Virus record (IMG/VR): IMGVR_UViG_3300032164_000012
Span: 1 to 63,745 of that record
Length of the DNA stretch: 63,745 nucleotides
Strand: one strand, 5' to 3'
Source: a virus
Taxonomy: Duplodnaviria > Caudoviricetes
The notes beneath the pieces were generated by a model. That model was not told the DNA's origin. It worked only from the letters and a program-made list of their open reading frames with translations, and ran no database searches. The number at the start of each line of letters is the position of its first letter. Position 1 is the stretch's first letter. Shown in pieces: positions 25,797 to 34,849 of this stretch. A program made the translations under genes and the position numbers.

Positions 25797-28335
25797 CCGT
25801 GAGCTAGTAGCAGCGCTGATTGCCGAAGGCAAGCCGGCAATGCGCTTGGCGATGGAGCGCCTGCCACCGGAGTATCTGGAGGGTGACGGGCGGATCGCCT
25901 ACGAATTCCTGGTCCTCCACGTCAAGAAGTACAACGTTCTCCCGACGACCGACACCATCCTGACCGAGACCGGTGTGATGCTGCTCGATGCGAAGGAGCC
26001 GGCGGCCTTCTACATTGATGCTGTTCACCGTCGGAAACTAGTGGTGCTGCTGCGCGAGAAGCTCGATCCAGCCATCGACTTCCTCTCGGGTCACGATCCC
26101 GTCAAGGCGCTGGAGACGATCGAGACGGCTGTGCGCGAGATCCGGCTGCAGCAGATCACCGGCTCGAAAGTGGTGACGCTCGGATCGCTCAAGCAGGAGG
26201 TCATCGACTACTACGATCGGATCGCGGCTGGGGAGCGTGGTGTCTTGACGCCCTGGTTCTCTGTCAACGAGGCGACCTACGGATTCTGGGAGCAGGACCT
26301 CGGGCTGTTCGTCGCCCGCATGGGTATTGGGAAGTGTCTCGACGAGGACTCGGAACTTGTCGATCCGATCTCCGGCGTCCCGCACACGCTGCGCGAGGTC
26401 GTTGCCGATCCCGCTCTCCAGCAGGCCTTCACATGGAGTCGGCAGCAGGACATCCACGCTGCGCCCATCACCGCCAAGGTTGACACGGGGCGGAAGGGTT
26501 GTCTGAAGGTCACCTTCGCCAGTGGCCGGTCGATCATCACCACCCCGGAGCACCCCTTCCTCACTCCCGAAGGATGGCGTCCGGCGTCGGAGTTGCGTCT
26601 CGGGGCTACCGCCGCACTACCGGCGACGATACCCTTCCCGCAGGAACCTGTCTCTTTGCCGGTCGAGGAGGTCGACCTGATGGCGGTCTTGCTGGCCGAG
26701 GGCAGCTACTCGGGCCACCACACGGGTTTCACGACGACGGACGAGCGGGTGCTGTCGCTCATGCAGGACGCGGCGGATGCCGCCGAGACGGACATCCAGC
26801 CGAGGTCGGAGATCGACTTCGATTTTGTTCGGCGGCTTGGTTCTTCCCGGGAGAACGCGATCCATGCTCTGCTGCGCAAGCACGGCATGGAGGGCAAGAA
26901 AGCCGTCGTCAAGGTTATTCCGGATGCGATCTACCGCCTCCCTCCAGTGCTCCTCGGGCGCTTCCTCGGGTTGTTCTGGATGTGCGATGGATACGTTGAC
27001 GGTTCTGGGCCGGCGATCTGCCTTGCTTCAGAGAGGATGATTCGGCAGATCCAGCACTTGCTTCTGCGCTTTGGCGTCCAGAGCAGCGTGGACTACAAGC
27101 AGGCCACCTGTGATGGCAAGAAGTTCGATGCTTGGAGGCTGCGGGTCTACGCCAGTTCCTACGAGCGCTTCGCGGGGGCCGTTCCGCTGTGGGGGGACAA
27201 GCAGGAGCGCCTGCGTGTCTTCCTGGAGAAGGATCGCAACTCCAACGTAGGTTTCCCGAGGGTGTCGGCTGCCTTCGTGGGCCGGGTGAAGGAGATCGTC
27301 GCCGGTAGTGCCGGGCGCAGGAACGGGAACCTCCTCTCGCAGGTGCGGGACCGCCTGGGGTGGTCTTCGTGCTTTTCACCGAAGTGCTTGTTCACTCCGC
27401 ACGGGGACCTCCACTCCTTGTCCCTCCGCAGCTTTGAGGCCTTCTGTGACGTGTACGGGTGCTCCGAGGAGTTCTCGTGGCTCTGGAATCGGGGCATTTT
27501 CTGGGACGTGGTAGAGCGCATCGCCGACGCAGGAGAGCGGAAGATCTACGATCTCACGATGGAGCCGACGAGCTGCTTCGTGGCGAACGACATCCTGGTC
27601 CACAACACCTGGGCGTCTGCGCTCATCGCACACCATGCGTGGGACGTGCAGAAGAAGAAGGTCCTTTACGCGACGACGGAAATGAAGCCTCGGCGGATCG
27701 CTGGTCGCATCATCTGTGCCCGACTCAAGATCCCTTATACGGAGTACACCCACGGGAAGATGTCACCGTTCCAGCGTCAGCACCTCATCGCTGGTTACGA
27801 GGAGATCGAGCACGATGGGCGCTTCCACATCGTCGGTGGAGATTTCGACTTCCACATCAATGCTTTCGAGGCCGCCATCGACACGGTGCAGCCGGATGTT
27901 GTGTTGCTCGACGGAGCTTACCTGCTTCGCGTCGAAGGCAAGACCAGGACGGAGAAGGCCGCCAACGCCTTCGACGAGCTGAAGCGTCTGACGAGCCGGC
28001 TCAATATCCCCGTCATCGTGACCATGCAGTTCAACCGCGAGGTGAAGGCGAACGAGGCCAAGTCGGTCAAGGCGGAAGCTATCGCGCTCACCGACGTAGC
28101 GGGCTGGAACGCCGATCTGATTTTCGCGCTCATCCAGACCGAGGAGATGAAGACCAACAAGGAGATGATCGTCAAGCCGCTGAAGGTGCGCGAGGGTGAG
28201 GGAATAGAGGTCCGGCTGCACTGGGACATTGGCACGATGAACTTTGATGAGATCGGTCCCGTCGGGAAGGGCGGGGGCGGGGATGCCGACGAGAGTGGCG
28301 CGGTACCTGACGCTAACGTCGACGCCCCCTTCTAG
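25789..28335 (+). CDS. dnaB: DnaB-like replicative helicase with intein
   Basis: ARMGIGK|intein|TW, TTEM, LDGAYL, QFNR, ADLIF. Confidence 0.88.
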   Translation: MDDRELVAALIAEGKPAMRLAMERLPPEYLEGDGRIAYEFLVLHVKKYNVLPTTDTILTETGVMLLDAKEPAAFYIDAVHRRKLVVLLREKLDPAIDFLSGHDPVKALETIETAVREIRLQQITGSKVVTLGSLKQEVIDYYDRIAAGERGVLTPWFSVNEATYGFWEQDLGLFVARMGIGKCLDEDSELVDPISGVPHTLREVVADPALQQAFTWSRQQDIHAAPITAKVDTGRKGCLKVTFASGRSIITTPEHPFLTPEGWRPASELRLGATAALPATIPFPQEPVSLPVEEVDLMAVLLAEGSYSGHHTGFTTTDERVLSLMQDAADAAETDIQPRSEIDFDFVRRLGSSRENAIHALLRKHGMEGKKAVVKVIPDAIYRLPPVLLGRFLGLFWMCDGYVDGSGPAICLASERMIRQIQHLLLRFGVQSSVDYKQATCDGKKFDAWRLRVYASSYERFAGAVPLWGDKQERLRVFLEKDRNSNVGFPRVSAAFVGRVKEIVAGSAGRRNGNLLSQVRDRLGWSSCFSPKCLFTPHGDLHSLSLRSFEAFCDVYGCSEEFSWLWNRGIFWDVVERIADAGERKIYDLTMEPTSCFVANDILVHNTWASALIAHHAWDVQKKKVLYATTEMKPRRIAGRIICARLKIPYTEYTHGKMSPFQRQHLIAGYEEIEHDGRFHIVGGDFDFHINAFEAAIDTVQPDVVLLDGAYLLRVEGKTRTEKAANAFDELKRLTSRLNIPVIVTMQFNREVKANEAKSVKAEAIALTDVAGWNADLIFALIQTEEMKTNKEMIVKPLKVREGEGIEVRLHWDIGTMNFDEIGPVGKGGGGDADESGAVPDANVDAPF
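26335..27606 (+). mobile_element. intein with LAGLIDADG endonuclease in the DnaB Walker A
   Basis: CLDEDS start, TPEHPF block B, LLAEG and WMCDG motifs, ends LVHN|T; 424 aa. Confidence 0.93.
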
Positions 28336-28344
28336 GAGCACAAC

Positions 28345-28830
28345 ATGTCTTGGGCAAACGTTCCCTCGATCCTCAAGCACTGCGCTCTTGCCATCTGGAC
28401 TGATGGTAGTCTCGGGCGTGGTGTGGCTGGGCTCCGCGCTGCTTGGATGGTGGCGCGTTCGAGACTAGTCGAGTACGGCTATCTGGCGAGAGGCTCCGAG
28501 GAAGGTCCGATTGACAACATCCGGCTGACTTCGAAGGGGGTGCTGCAGAATCGGAAGCACCTGCGCGAAAGTCGGGGCAAGGATCGTCGCTTCGACTCCG
28601 TGTTCGAGGTCATTCTTCGCGACCTCGCCGGTCCCGCCCCTGGCGGGTCAGACGCTGCGAAAGAGACCAAGGCTCCTCCTCCTGGTGTGGGCAAGGAGCC
28701 TATCGCTACCCCGCCAGCTCCGATGGGGGCGACGCCGACTGCCCCGTCTCCGCGTAGCGATCTTCCCACGGCACACCAGACCAAGCATCCGGCGATCGGT
28801 AAGATTCCTTCACGAGGCAAGGAGGGCTGA
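28345..28830 (+). CDS. hypothetical protein
   Basis: AGGAG RBS. Confidence 0.6.
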   Translation: MSWANVPSILKHCALAIWTDGSLGRGVAGLRAAWMVARSRLVEYGYLARGSEEGPIDNIRLTSKGVLQNRKHLRESRGKDRRFDSVFEVILRDLAGPAPGGSDAAKETKAPPPGVGKEPIATPPAPMGATPTAPSPRSDLPTAHQTKHPAIGKIPSRGKEG

Positions 28831-29873
28831 TGGACTCGAGGGGCATCCAGAACTTGTTGCGCCGTCTCGGGTGTGAACGTGTTCACGTCGGAGCGAAGTG
28901 GATCAAAGCGACCTGTCCGTTAGCACGCTGGCGACACACGAAGGGCACCGACACGAATCCGTCCTTCGAGATTGCTATCGACGACAAAGGGAGAAGCGGT
29001 TGGAAGTGTCACTCCTGTACTCCAGAAGGGCGGCGACCAGGTGAACCGAGTCTCAACCTGATCAATCTCATCAACCGGCTGATCGTTTATAACCCGTCGC
29101 AGGTTCACAAGTACCGCGCCCTCGCTGAAGTGATCCAGCGGACCGATCTGCCCTCGATCGAGCAGATGAAGGCGAGGCTTGCCGGTGTCAGTAGCGTGCC
29201 AGGACCTCCGCGTGAGGTGGCCGGTGTTGTGGTATCGGAGGGCTTCGCCAAACGCGGCGACGGAGATTTCATCGAGCTGCCGGCGCTTCCCGAAGACTTG
29301 CTGGAGAAGTTTCAACCCTTGTCCGAGGAGGCGCGCGAGTACTTGGAGGAACGCGGGTTGTCCAAGGCGACTATCCAGAGCTGGGAGCTGGGGTGGCACG
29401 CCGGAGCCCGCAGGGTCTCCATCCCCGTCCGTGACATCAAGGGGCGGCTCGTCGGCATCTCGGGTCGGGCGCTCGACTCCGATCAGTACCCGAAGTTCCT
29501 CCATAGCAACGCCTTCCACCGAGACTTCTACCTGTTCGGGGAGCACCGCTGTCAGACCCCCGAGGTAGCCTATTTGGTGGAGGGCTTCTTTGATGCGATT
29601 TCCCTTTGGCAACGCGGCTACCGCTTTCCCCTATGCTTTATGGGCAGCGGCATCAGCCGGTTCCAGGTCGAGAAGCTCGTGCAGTTGGGATTCAAGGAGG
29701 CCGTCATCGTTCCAGACGGAGACCCGCCTGGGGTCAAGATCGCCGATGGAGTGCTGCGTTCGGTGTCCGCTCGGATGCCCACGCGTGTCATTCCCATGCC
29801 GGATGGAGCGGACCCGGACGACCTCACACGCGACGAGCTTCTCGAATTGCTAGGACCGCCACAGGAGGCTTGA
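28830..29873 (+). CDS. dnaG: DnaG-type DNA primase (zinc finger plus TOPRIM)
   Basis: CP...H...CHSC, YLEERGL, ISGRA, LVEGFFD, PDGD, DPDD. Confidence 0.9.
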   Translation: MDSRGIQNLLRRLGCERVHVGAKWIKATCPLARWRHTKGTDTNPSFEIAIDDKGRSGWKCHSCTPEGRRPGEPSLNLINLINRLIVYNPSQVHKYRALAEVIQRTDLPSIEQMKARLAGVSSVPGPPREVAGVVVSEGFAKRGDGDFIELPALPEDLLEKFQPLSEEAREYLEERGLSKATIQSWELGWHAGARRVSIPVRDIKGRLVGISGRALDSDQYPKFLHSNAFHRDFYLFGEHRCQTPEVAYLVEGFFDAISLWQRGYRFPLCFMGSGISRFQVEKLVQLGFKEAVIVPDGDPPGVKIADGVLRSVSARMPTRVIPMPDGADPDDLTRDELLELLGPPQEA

Positions 29874-29898
29874 CAACCGGTAGGGCTTATGGTACGAC
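29870..29898 (+). promoter_or_regulatory. sigma70-type promoter (weaker -10)
   Basis: TTGACA-17-TACGAC with TG; its TGA is the primase stop; GTCGAGG/CCTCGAC hairpin follows. Confidence 0.55.
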
Positions 29899-29961
29899 CA
29901 CCATGTCGTCGAGGGAGTCCTCGACAACGACAGCAACGACAGCAACCAGAGGAGACTAGTC

Positions 29962-30291
29962 ATGAGCATCACTGTTCACTACGTTCGAGCTTGTGATCGT
30001 TGCAGCACTTCCCTCGACACCTCGACGACCTCCGATGTGAAGCAGCTTCCGGTGCTGCCGGAACGAAAGACGTTCAAGCTGACCCTTGGCGACAGCGTCC
30101 TCATCGAGTGGCAGGACATCTGCCCCAAGTGCCAGAAGGTCGTCGATGGGTTGATCGACCGCATTCGGCTGGTCAGCAAGAAGGACGACCAGGTGGCGCA
30201 GCCCGCGACGTCGGCCACGCCCGCCTCCAGCACCACGACCCCGATTCCCGTCAAGGCGGACAAGCCGCCTGAGGCGAACAACCCGTTCTAG
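29962..30291 (+). CDS. CxxC protein resembling the Lsr2 dimerisation-type fold
   Basis: CDRC...DICPKC; GAGGAG RBS. Confidence 0.55.
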   Translation: MSITVHYVRACDRCSTSLDTSTTSDVKQLPVLPERKTFKLTLGDSVLIEWQDICPKCQKVVDGLIDRIRLVSKKDDQVAQPATSATPASSTTTPIPVKADKPPEANNPF

Positions 30292-30342
30292 CCCGCGAGT
30301 GCGGGACAGAAACAGCAACCAGCTAGTCCAGGAGGAACGAGA

Positions 30343-31137
30343 ATGAGCAACGGTAGTGGCAAGAGTTGGTTTGACACCGGTTTCGAGGGGATGAAGCGTG
30401 AGGAGGATCGCCTTCAGTCCCGGCAGGGGCCTGGGCGCTACTATGTCCCCGAGGGTGAGACGAAGGAGATGGTCCTGATCGACGACGTGCCGTTCTGCGT
30501 CTACGAGCACCACTTCAAGATGAACGGCAGCTGGCGCAATTGGCTGACCTGTCTGCGGGGTATCCACGAGGACATCCCGTGCTGCACCACCCTCGGAGAC
30601 AAGACCCGGGCCTATCTCGGGTTTCTGACCTGCATCGACGCCTCGAAGTGGAAGGACAAGAAGGGCAACGTCCATCAGTACGAGGTGCAGCTGTTCCCGG
30701 CCAAGCTCAAGACGCTGAAGAAGTTCAAGCGCAAGAAGGAGGACCGGGGCAGCCTTGTGGCGTGTCTGTTCAAGGTCACCCGCGAGGACGAGAAGAGCCC
30801 GAGTTGTGGCGACGAGTTCGAGATCCAGAAGGAGGTCGAGCTGGCCAAGGTTCTCGACGTGGCGATGTTCCGTGGGCGCAAGCTTCTCGAGTTGTTCGCC
30901 AAGGCGAACGAGGACCCGAAGATGATGGAGTATACGCAGCGCATCTTCCAGGTCGTGCTCGATGACAAGGGCAAGATCCTTCCGAAGCTCTACCCCTTCA
31001 ACTACATCGAGCTGCTGAAGCCGAAGTCGCCGGAGGAGATCCGTGCCATCATCGGTGGCCAGAAGGTCGGCAGCGATGAGGACGGTCCGGTCTCCGAAAA
31101 CACGGCTGACGTGCAGACCGACGACGTGCCCTTTTAG
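30343..31137 (+). CDS. single-stranded DNA-binding protein (gp32-like, acidic tail)
   Basis: YEHH...TC...PCC zinc ligands; ends TDDVPF. Confidence 0.75.
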   Translation: MSNGSGKSWFDTGFEGMKREEDRLQSRQGPGRYYVPEGETKEMVLIDDVPFCVYEHHFKMNGSWRNWLTCLRGIHEDIPCCTTLGDKTRAYLGFLTCIDASKWKDKKGNVHQYEVQLFPAKLKTLKKFKRKKEDRGSLVACLFKVTREDEKSPSCGDEFEIQKEVELAKVLDVAMFRGRKLLELFAKANEDPKMMEYTQRIFQVVLDDKGKILPKLYPFNYIELLKPKSPEEIRAIIGGQKVGSDEDGPVSENTADVQTDDVPF

Positions 31138-31201
31138 AATAACCCTCTTGACTCGCGTTTGCCGTTTTCGGGAGGCTGTGGACATGCTGACGGCCCTCAC
31201 G

Positions 31202-31221
31202 TTGCGACCACGTGGTCGCAA
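31202..31221. promoter_or_regulatory. perfect 20-bp palindrome, element copy 4
   Basis: TTGCGACCACGTGGTCGCAA overlapping the AAGGAG RBS of the helicase. Confidence 0.75.
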
Positions 31222-31233
31222 GGAGAACAGCGC

Positions 31234-33555
31234 GTGCGAGTGACGGTGGACGCCTGGGCCTGGTTGCCGAAGGCCGATCTGACTCCCCTACAGGTACAGG
31301 CGACGCGTGCCGCCCTGACCATCCAACCTTCCAAGGTTGGAAATCATCCCGGTGAAGCCCCCGGTCCGATCAAGCTATATACGGAGACCGAGGATCGCAT
31401 CGGCATCCCCAGGGAGTACTTCCTAGCCCGACGCAAGAACCACGAAGTAGAGTTCCACGTCACGGACGGCAACTTCGACTTGTGGGCCGGCCCTCTGCAG
31501 TTCTCCGGTAGCCTCCGTCCCGAGCAGCAGAAGGCGGTCGGGTACGTTACCCAGGTACTGCAGGCTGGGCAGCTGGGCATGATCGTCCGGGCCGCCCCTG
31601 GGTGGGGTAAGAGTCCGGCCTTGGCGACGCCCGTGCTGCGCTACGATGGCAAGGTGGTTAGGGCAGAGGAGGTGCAGGCTGGGGACCTGCTGATGGGTCC
31701 CGACAGTACGGCCCGACGTGTGCTCGATGCCAACACGGGATTCGGCCCTATGTACCGCATTATCCCGACGGTGGGAGAGGTGTGGGAGTGTAACGAATCC
31801 CACATCCTAACCCTCGTCCACTCCGTAACTGACGAGGTGATCGACATCGCGCTGACCGACTACCTCCGGCTCTCGGCGGCGCAGAAACATCACCTCAAGC
31901 AGTTCTCGCCGGAAGGCGGGGTGGACTTCCCCTCGGGAAATCCTTTGCCTCTCGATCCCTACTTCCTCGGGGTGTGGTATGGGGATGGGACGAAGGCCTT
32001 AAACGGGGTGGCAATTTCCAAGCCCGACGCAGAGATCGAGGCGTTGTGCCGGGATACGGCGGCGGCGTTCGGGCTCCGCCTCCGCGTAGAGGCGGCACGG
32101 TGTCCGGTGTACCACATCGTTGTTACCGAGCGTGGTCAGCCTAATCCATTGTTGGACCTGATGCGTTCGGTGTTTGGGGACGGACGTGAGCTGCCGTCGG
32201 CGTACCTCATCGCCTCAAGGGCCGACCGGATGGCCTTTCTGGCGGGTTGGTTGGACTCCGACGGATACCACAACAACGGGTGCTACGAGATCGTCCAGAA
32301 GCGGAAGGAGTGGGCTGACGGTATCGCGTTCGTGGCCCGCTCCCTCGGCATCCGCGCCACCGTGCGCGAGAAGCTCGTGAACGGGTGCATTTACTGGCGG
32401 GTGAAGCTGGCCGGGGACTTCTCGACCCTTCCATTGCGTATCGCTCGCAAACTCCCGCGTGAGCGCAAGCAGCGGAAGATTGCGACGCGCACCGGCTTTA
32501 TGGTTGAGCGCGTCGCAGATGGAGGCTACCGGGGCATCTTGCTCGACGGCGATCACCGCTACCTCCTGGGCGATTTCACCGTGACTCACAACACGGTGGT
32601 TGCCTGCGCCCTCATCGCGCAGCTTCAAGTTCCGACGCTGGTGGTCGTCCACAAGGAGTTCCTGGTCAACCAGTGGAAGGAGCGCATCGAGCAGTTCCTC
32701 CCCGGGTCCAAGGTGGGCATCATCCAGCAGGACACCTGCGACTTCGCCGGCAAGCACATCGCCATCGCCATGGTTCATTCGCTCGTCTCCCGCGAGTACC
32801 CGTTGCTCCTGTACCGGTGGCCAGGGCTCGTCATTACTGACGAAGTCCACCGAATTGCCGCCGAGACGTGGTCGCATGTCCCGCCTAAGTTCCCCGCCCG
32901 CTGGCGGGTGGGCATCTCCGCAACACCACGGCGCAAGGACGGGGCGGACAACGTCTTCCTCTGGCACATAGGCCCAGTCGGGTTCAAGGCCCACGAACAG
33001 CGGTTGAAGCCCAAGGTCCGCCGTGTCTGGACCAAGTTCAGGATGGTCGAAACGGCGCGCTTCAATCCCAACCTGGCCTCGAAGCCGGTGCAGCTGCAAT
33101 TTCTCTGCGCGAACGACGTGCGCAACCATCTCGTCGTGGATCAGCTCATCCAGGCAGCACAGGCGGGGCGCAAGATCATCGTCCTGTCGGAGCGGCTCAA
33201 GCACCTCAGTTTGCTCGAGGGGTTGTATCGCCGGAAGTGGCCGGACAACGCCGGTCCTTGTCCCTCGACTGGTTTCTATATAGGCGGCTTGAGCCAGGAT
33301 GCGCTGGACGAGGCGGCCAAGGCGTCGGTCATCTTCGCGACTAGCCAGCTGGTCAGTGAGGGGCTCGACATTCCTGCTCTCGACACGATCGCTCTCACTA
33401 CTCCCCTATCCGATGTGGAACAGGCGGTCGGGCGCATCTTGCGCCCGTGCGAAGGAAAGAAAGATCCGGTCGTCGTTGACTTTCGAGATGATGACGTAGG
33501 AATCTTCGCCAAGTACGGTCGGATGCGCGACAAGCTCTATGCACGCATCACTTGA
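31234..33555 (+). CDS. superfamily 2 DExH helicase (UvsW/XPB-like) with intein
   Basis: LRPEQ, APGWGK|intein|T, DEVH, SATP, EGLDIP, QAVGRILR. Confidence 0.9.
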   Translation: MRVTVDAWAWLPKADLTPLQVQATRAALTIQPSKVGNHPGEAPGPIKLYTETEDRIGIPREYFLARRKNHEVEFHVTDGNFDLWAGPLQFSGSLRPEQQKAVGYVTQVLQAGQLGMIVRAAPGWGKSPALATPVLRYDGKVVRAEEVQAGDLLMGPDSTARRVLDANTGFGPMYRIIPTVGEVWECNESHILTLVHSVTDEVIDIALTDYLRLSAAQKHHLKQFSPEGGVDFPSGNPLPLDPYFLGVWYGDGTKALNGVAISKPDAEIEALCRDTAAAFGLRLRVEAARCPVYHIVVTERGQPNPLLDLMRSVFGDGRELPSAYLIASRADRMAFLAGWLDSDGYHNNGCYEIVQKRKEWADGIAFVARSLGIRATVREKLVNGCIYWRVKLAGDFSTLPLRIARKLPRERKQRKIATRTGFMVERVADGGYRGILLDGDHRYLLGDFTVTHNTVVACALIAQLQVPTLVVVHKEFLVNQWKERIEQFLPGSKVGIIQQDTCDFAGKHIAIAMVHSLVSREYPLLLYRWPGLVITDEVHRIAAETWSHVPPKFPARWRVGISATPRRKDGADNVFLWHIGPVGFKAHEQRLKPKVRRVWTKFRMVETARFNPNLASKPVQLQFLCANDVRNHLVVDQLIQAAQAGRKIIVLSERLKHLSLLEGLYRRKWPDNAGPCPSTGFYIGGLSQDALDEAAKASVIFATSQLVSEGLDIPALDTIALTTPLSDVEQAVGRILRPCEGKKDPVVVDFRDDDVGIFAKYGRMRDKLYARIT
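31612..32592 (+). mobile_element. intein with LAGLIDADG endonuclease in the helicase Walker A
   Basis: starts SPALATPV, NESH block B, WYGDG and LAGWLDSDG, ends VTHN|T; 327 aa. Confidence 0.9.
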
Positions 33556-33564
33556 CAAACTGCT

Positions 33565-33614
33565 TTGACAATCCCTCTCTTTATGATAATGTCCGTAGAA
33601 GAGGGTTTCTTCTA
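33565..33614 (+). promoter_or_regulatory. promoter with an inverted repeat over the start site
   Basis: tandem TTGACA (33552, 33565); 16 bp-TAATGT; TAGAAGA-gggtt-TCTTCTA at 33596-33614. Confidence 0.65.
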
Positions 33615-34429
33615 TGCAGGCTACTATGACGAAGCGCGACGACTACTTCCATGACTGGTACGAGAAGAACGGTCAGGTGCTCAACGATCTTCGACGGGAA
33701 CGTTACCACAACGACCCCGAGTACCGTGAGGCGGTTACGAAGCGCAATCAGGAGGCCCGCAAGAAGCGTCGGAGCGCGGAGACGTCGGAGCGCGAGGCGG
33801 AGCGGGAAGCTGGTGGTGTAGTACGGGTGGCTGGACGACTCTGGAAGGCTGTCGATGTCGAGATCGAAATCGACGGCAAGAAGGTCGTGACGCGCCTGTT
33901 CACCATCGGGGCACTGGCGCGGGTGCTGGGGCGTTCGGTCCAAGCCATCCGGCTGTGGGAACGTCAGGGGGTCCTTCCCGAGACTCCTCTGCGCAACGAG
34001 AAAGGGGATCGACTCTACACGGCGGAGCAGGTTGGGGTTTTCCGCCAGCTCATGGAGTGCAAGAACCGCCTATCTCTGTCCCTCCTACGGTCTCGCCCCT
34101 CTCCGCAGCCGGTACGTCGGGTGGTGCGCTTCAAGGACGGCCATGAGGAGGAGCTGGTGTTGTTCCGTATCGGGGCGCTGGCTGAGATCGTCGGTAGGAC
34201 GGTCGTGACGCTCGAGCAGCTGGAGAAGCATGGTATCCTTCCCGCTACGCCTTTTCGTGCTGCCAGTACTCGCTACCGCCTCTACTCGCTGCCGATGATT
34301 CAGACCGTCAAGGCGGCTTTCGACGCCCGCAACGGAGAGATCCGGGGCAAGATCGGGTGGGTTTCTTTCTGCAACGACGTCAGAGTGGCATGGTACGTTA
34401 TGGGCATGATGGACGCGACGCTGGTGTAG
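33614..34429 (+). CDS. protein with two MerR-type HTH domains
   Basis: FTIGALARVLGRSVQAIRLWERQGVLP...RLYT and FRIGALAEIVGRTVVTLEQLEKHGILP...RLYS. Confidence 0.8.
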   Translation: MQATMTKRDDYFHDWYEKNGQVLNDLRRERYHNDPEYREAVTKRNQEARKKRRSAETSEREAEREAGGVVRVAGRLWKAVDVEIEIDGKKVVTRLFTIGALARVLGRSVQAIRLWERQGVLPETPLRNEKGDRLYTAEQVGVFRQLMECKNRLSLSLLRSRPSPQPVRRVVRFKDGHEEELVLFRIGALAEIVGRTVVTLEQLEKHGILPATPFRAASTRYRLYSLPMIQTVKAAFDARNGEIRGKIGWVSFCNDVRVAWYVMGMMDATLV

Positions 34430-34468
34430 TAGACGTTCTCTAACGGACGAAGGACAAGGAGAGGGACG

Positions 34469-34840
34469 ATGGCCGAGTCGACTGCTACCCCTGCAACATC
34501 AACTTCCGAGAAGGTGACGAAGGAGCTGCCCTCGCAGATCTTTGTCACGCGGACTTTCAAGGCTGGCGACGCCAAGGAGAACACTGTTTCTTCGGAGCCG
34601 CAGGTCATCCAGGTCCACCGGTTCCAGACCGAGCCGGCTCGCGCTGAGATCCACCTTGGCCTCACGCTCAACCTCGGCAACTTCGAGAGCGCCCGTGTCG
34701 ATGTGGGCGTGGTCATCCCCTGCTACCGCGAGGAGCTGGAGGACGCTTTCGCTTTTGGCAAGGCGTGGGCGGAGAAGAAGCTGCTGGCCGAGGTCGATGA
34801 CGTTCGCAAGAACGCCTCGTCGAACAAGAGCCCGTTCTAG
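34469..34840 (+). CDS. conserved phage protein
   Basis: TLNLGNFESARVDV pattern. Confidence 0.7.
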   Translation: MAESTATPATSTSEKVTKELPSQIFVTRTFKAGDAKENTVSSEPQVIQVHRFQTEPARAEIHLGLTLNLGNFESARVDVGVVIPCYREELEDAFAFGKAWAEKKLLAEVDDVRKNASSNKSPF

Positions 34841-34849
34841 GAGGCCATC

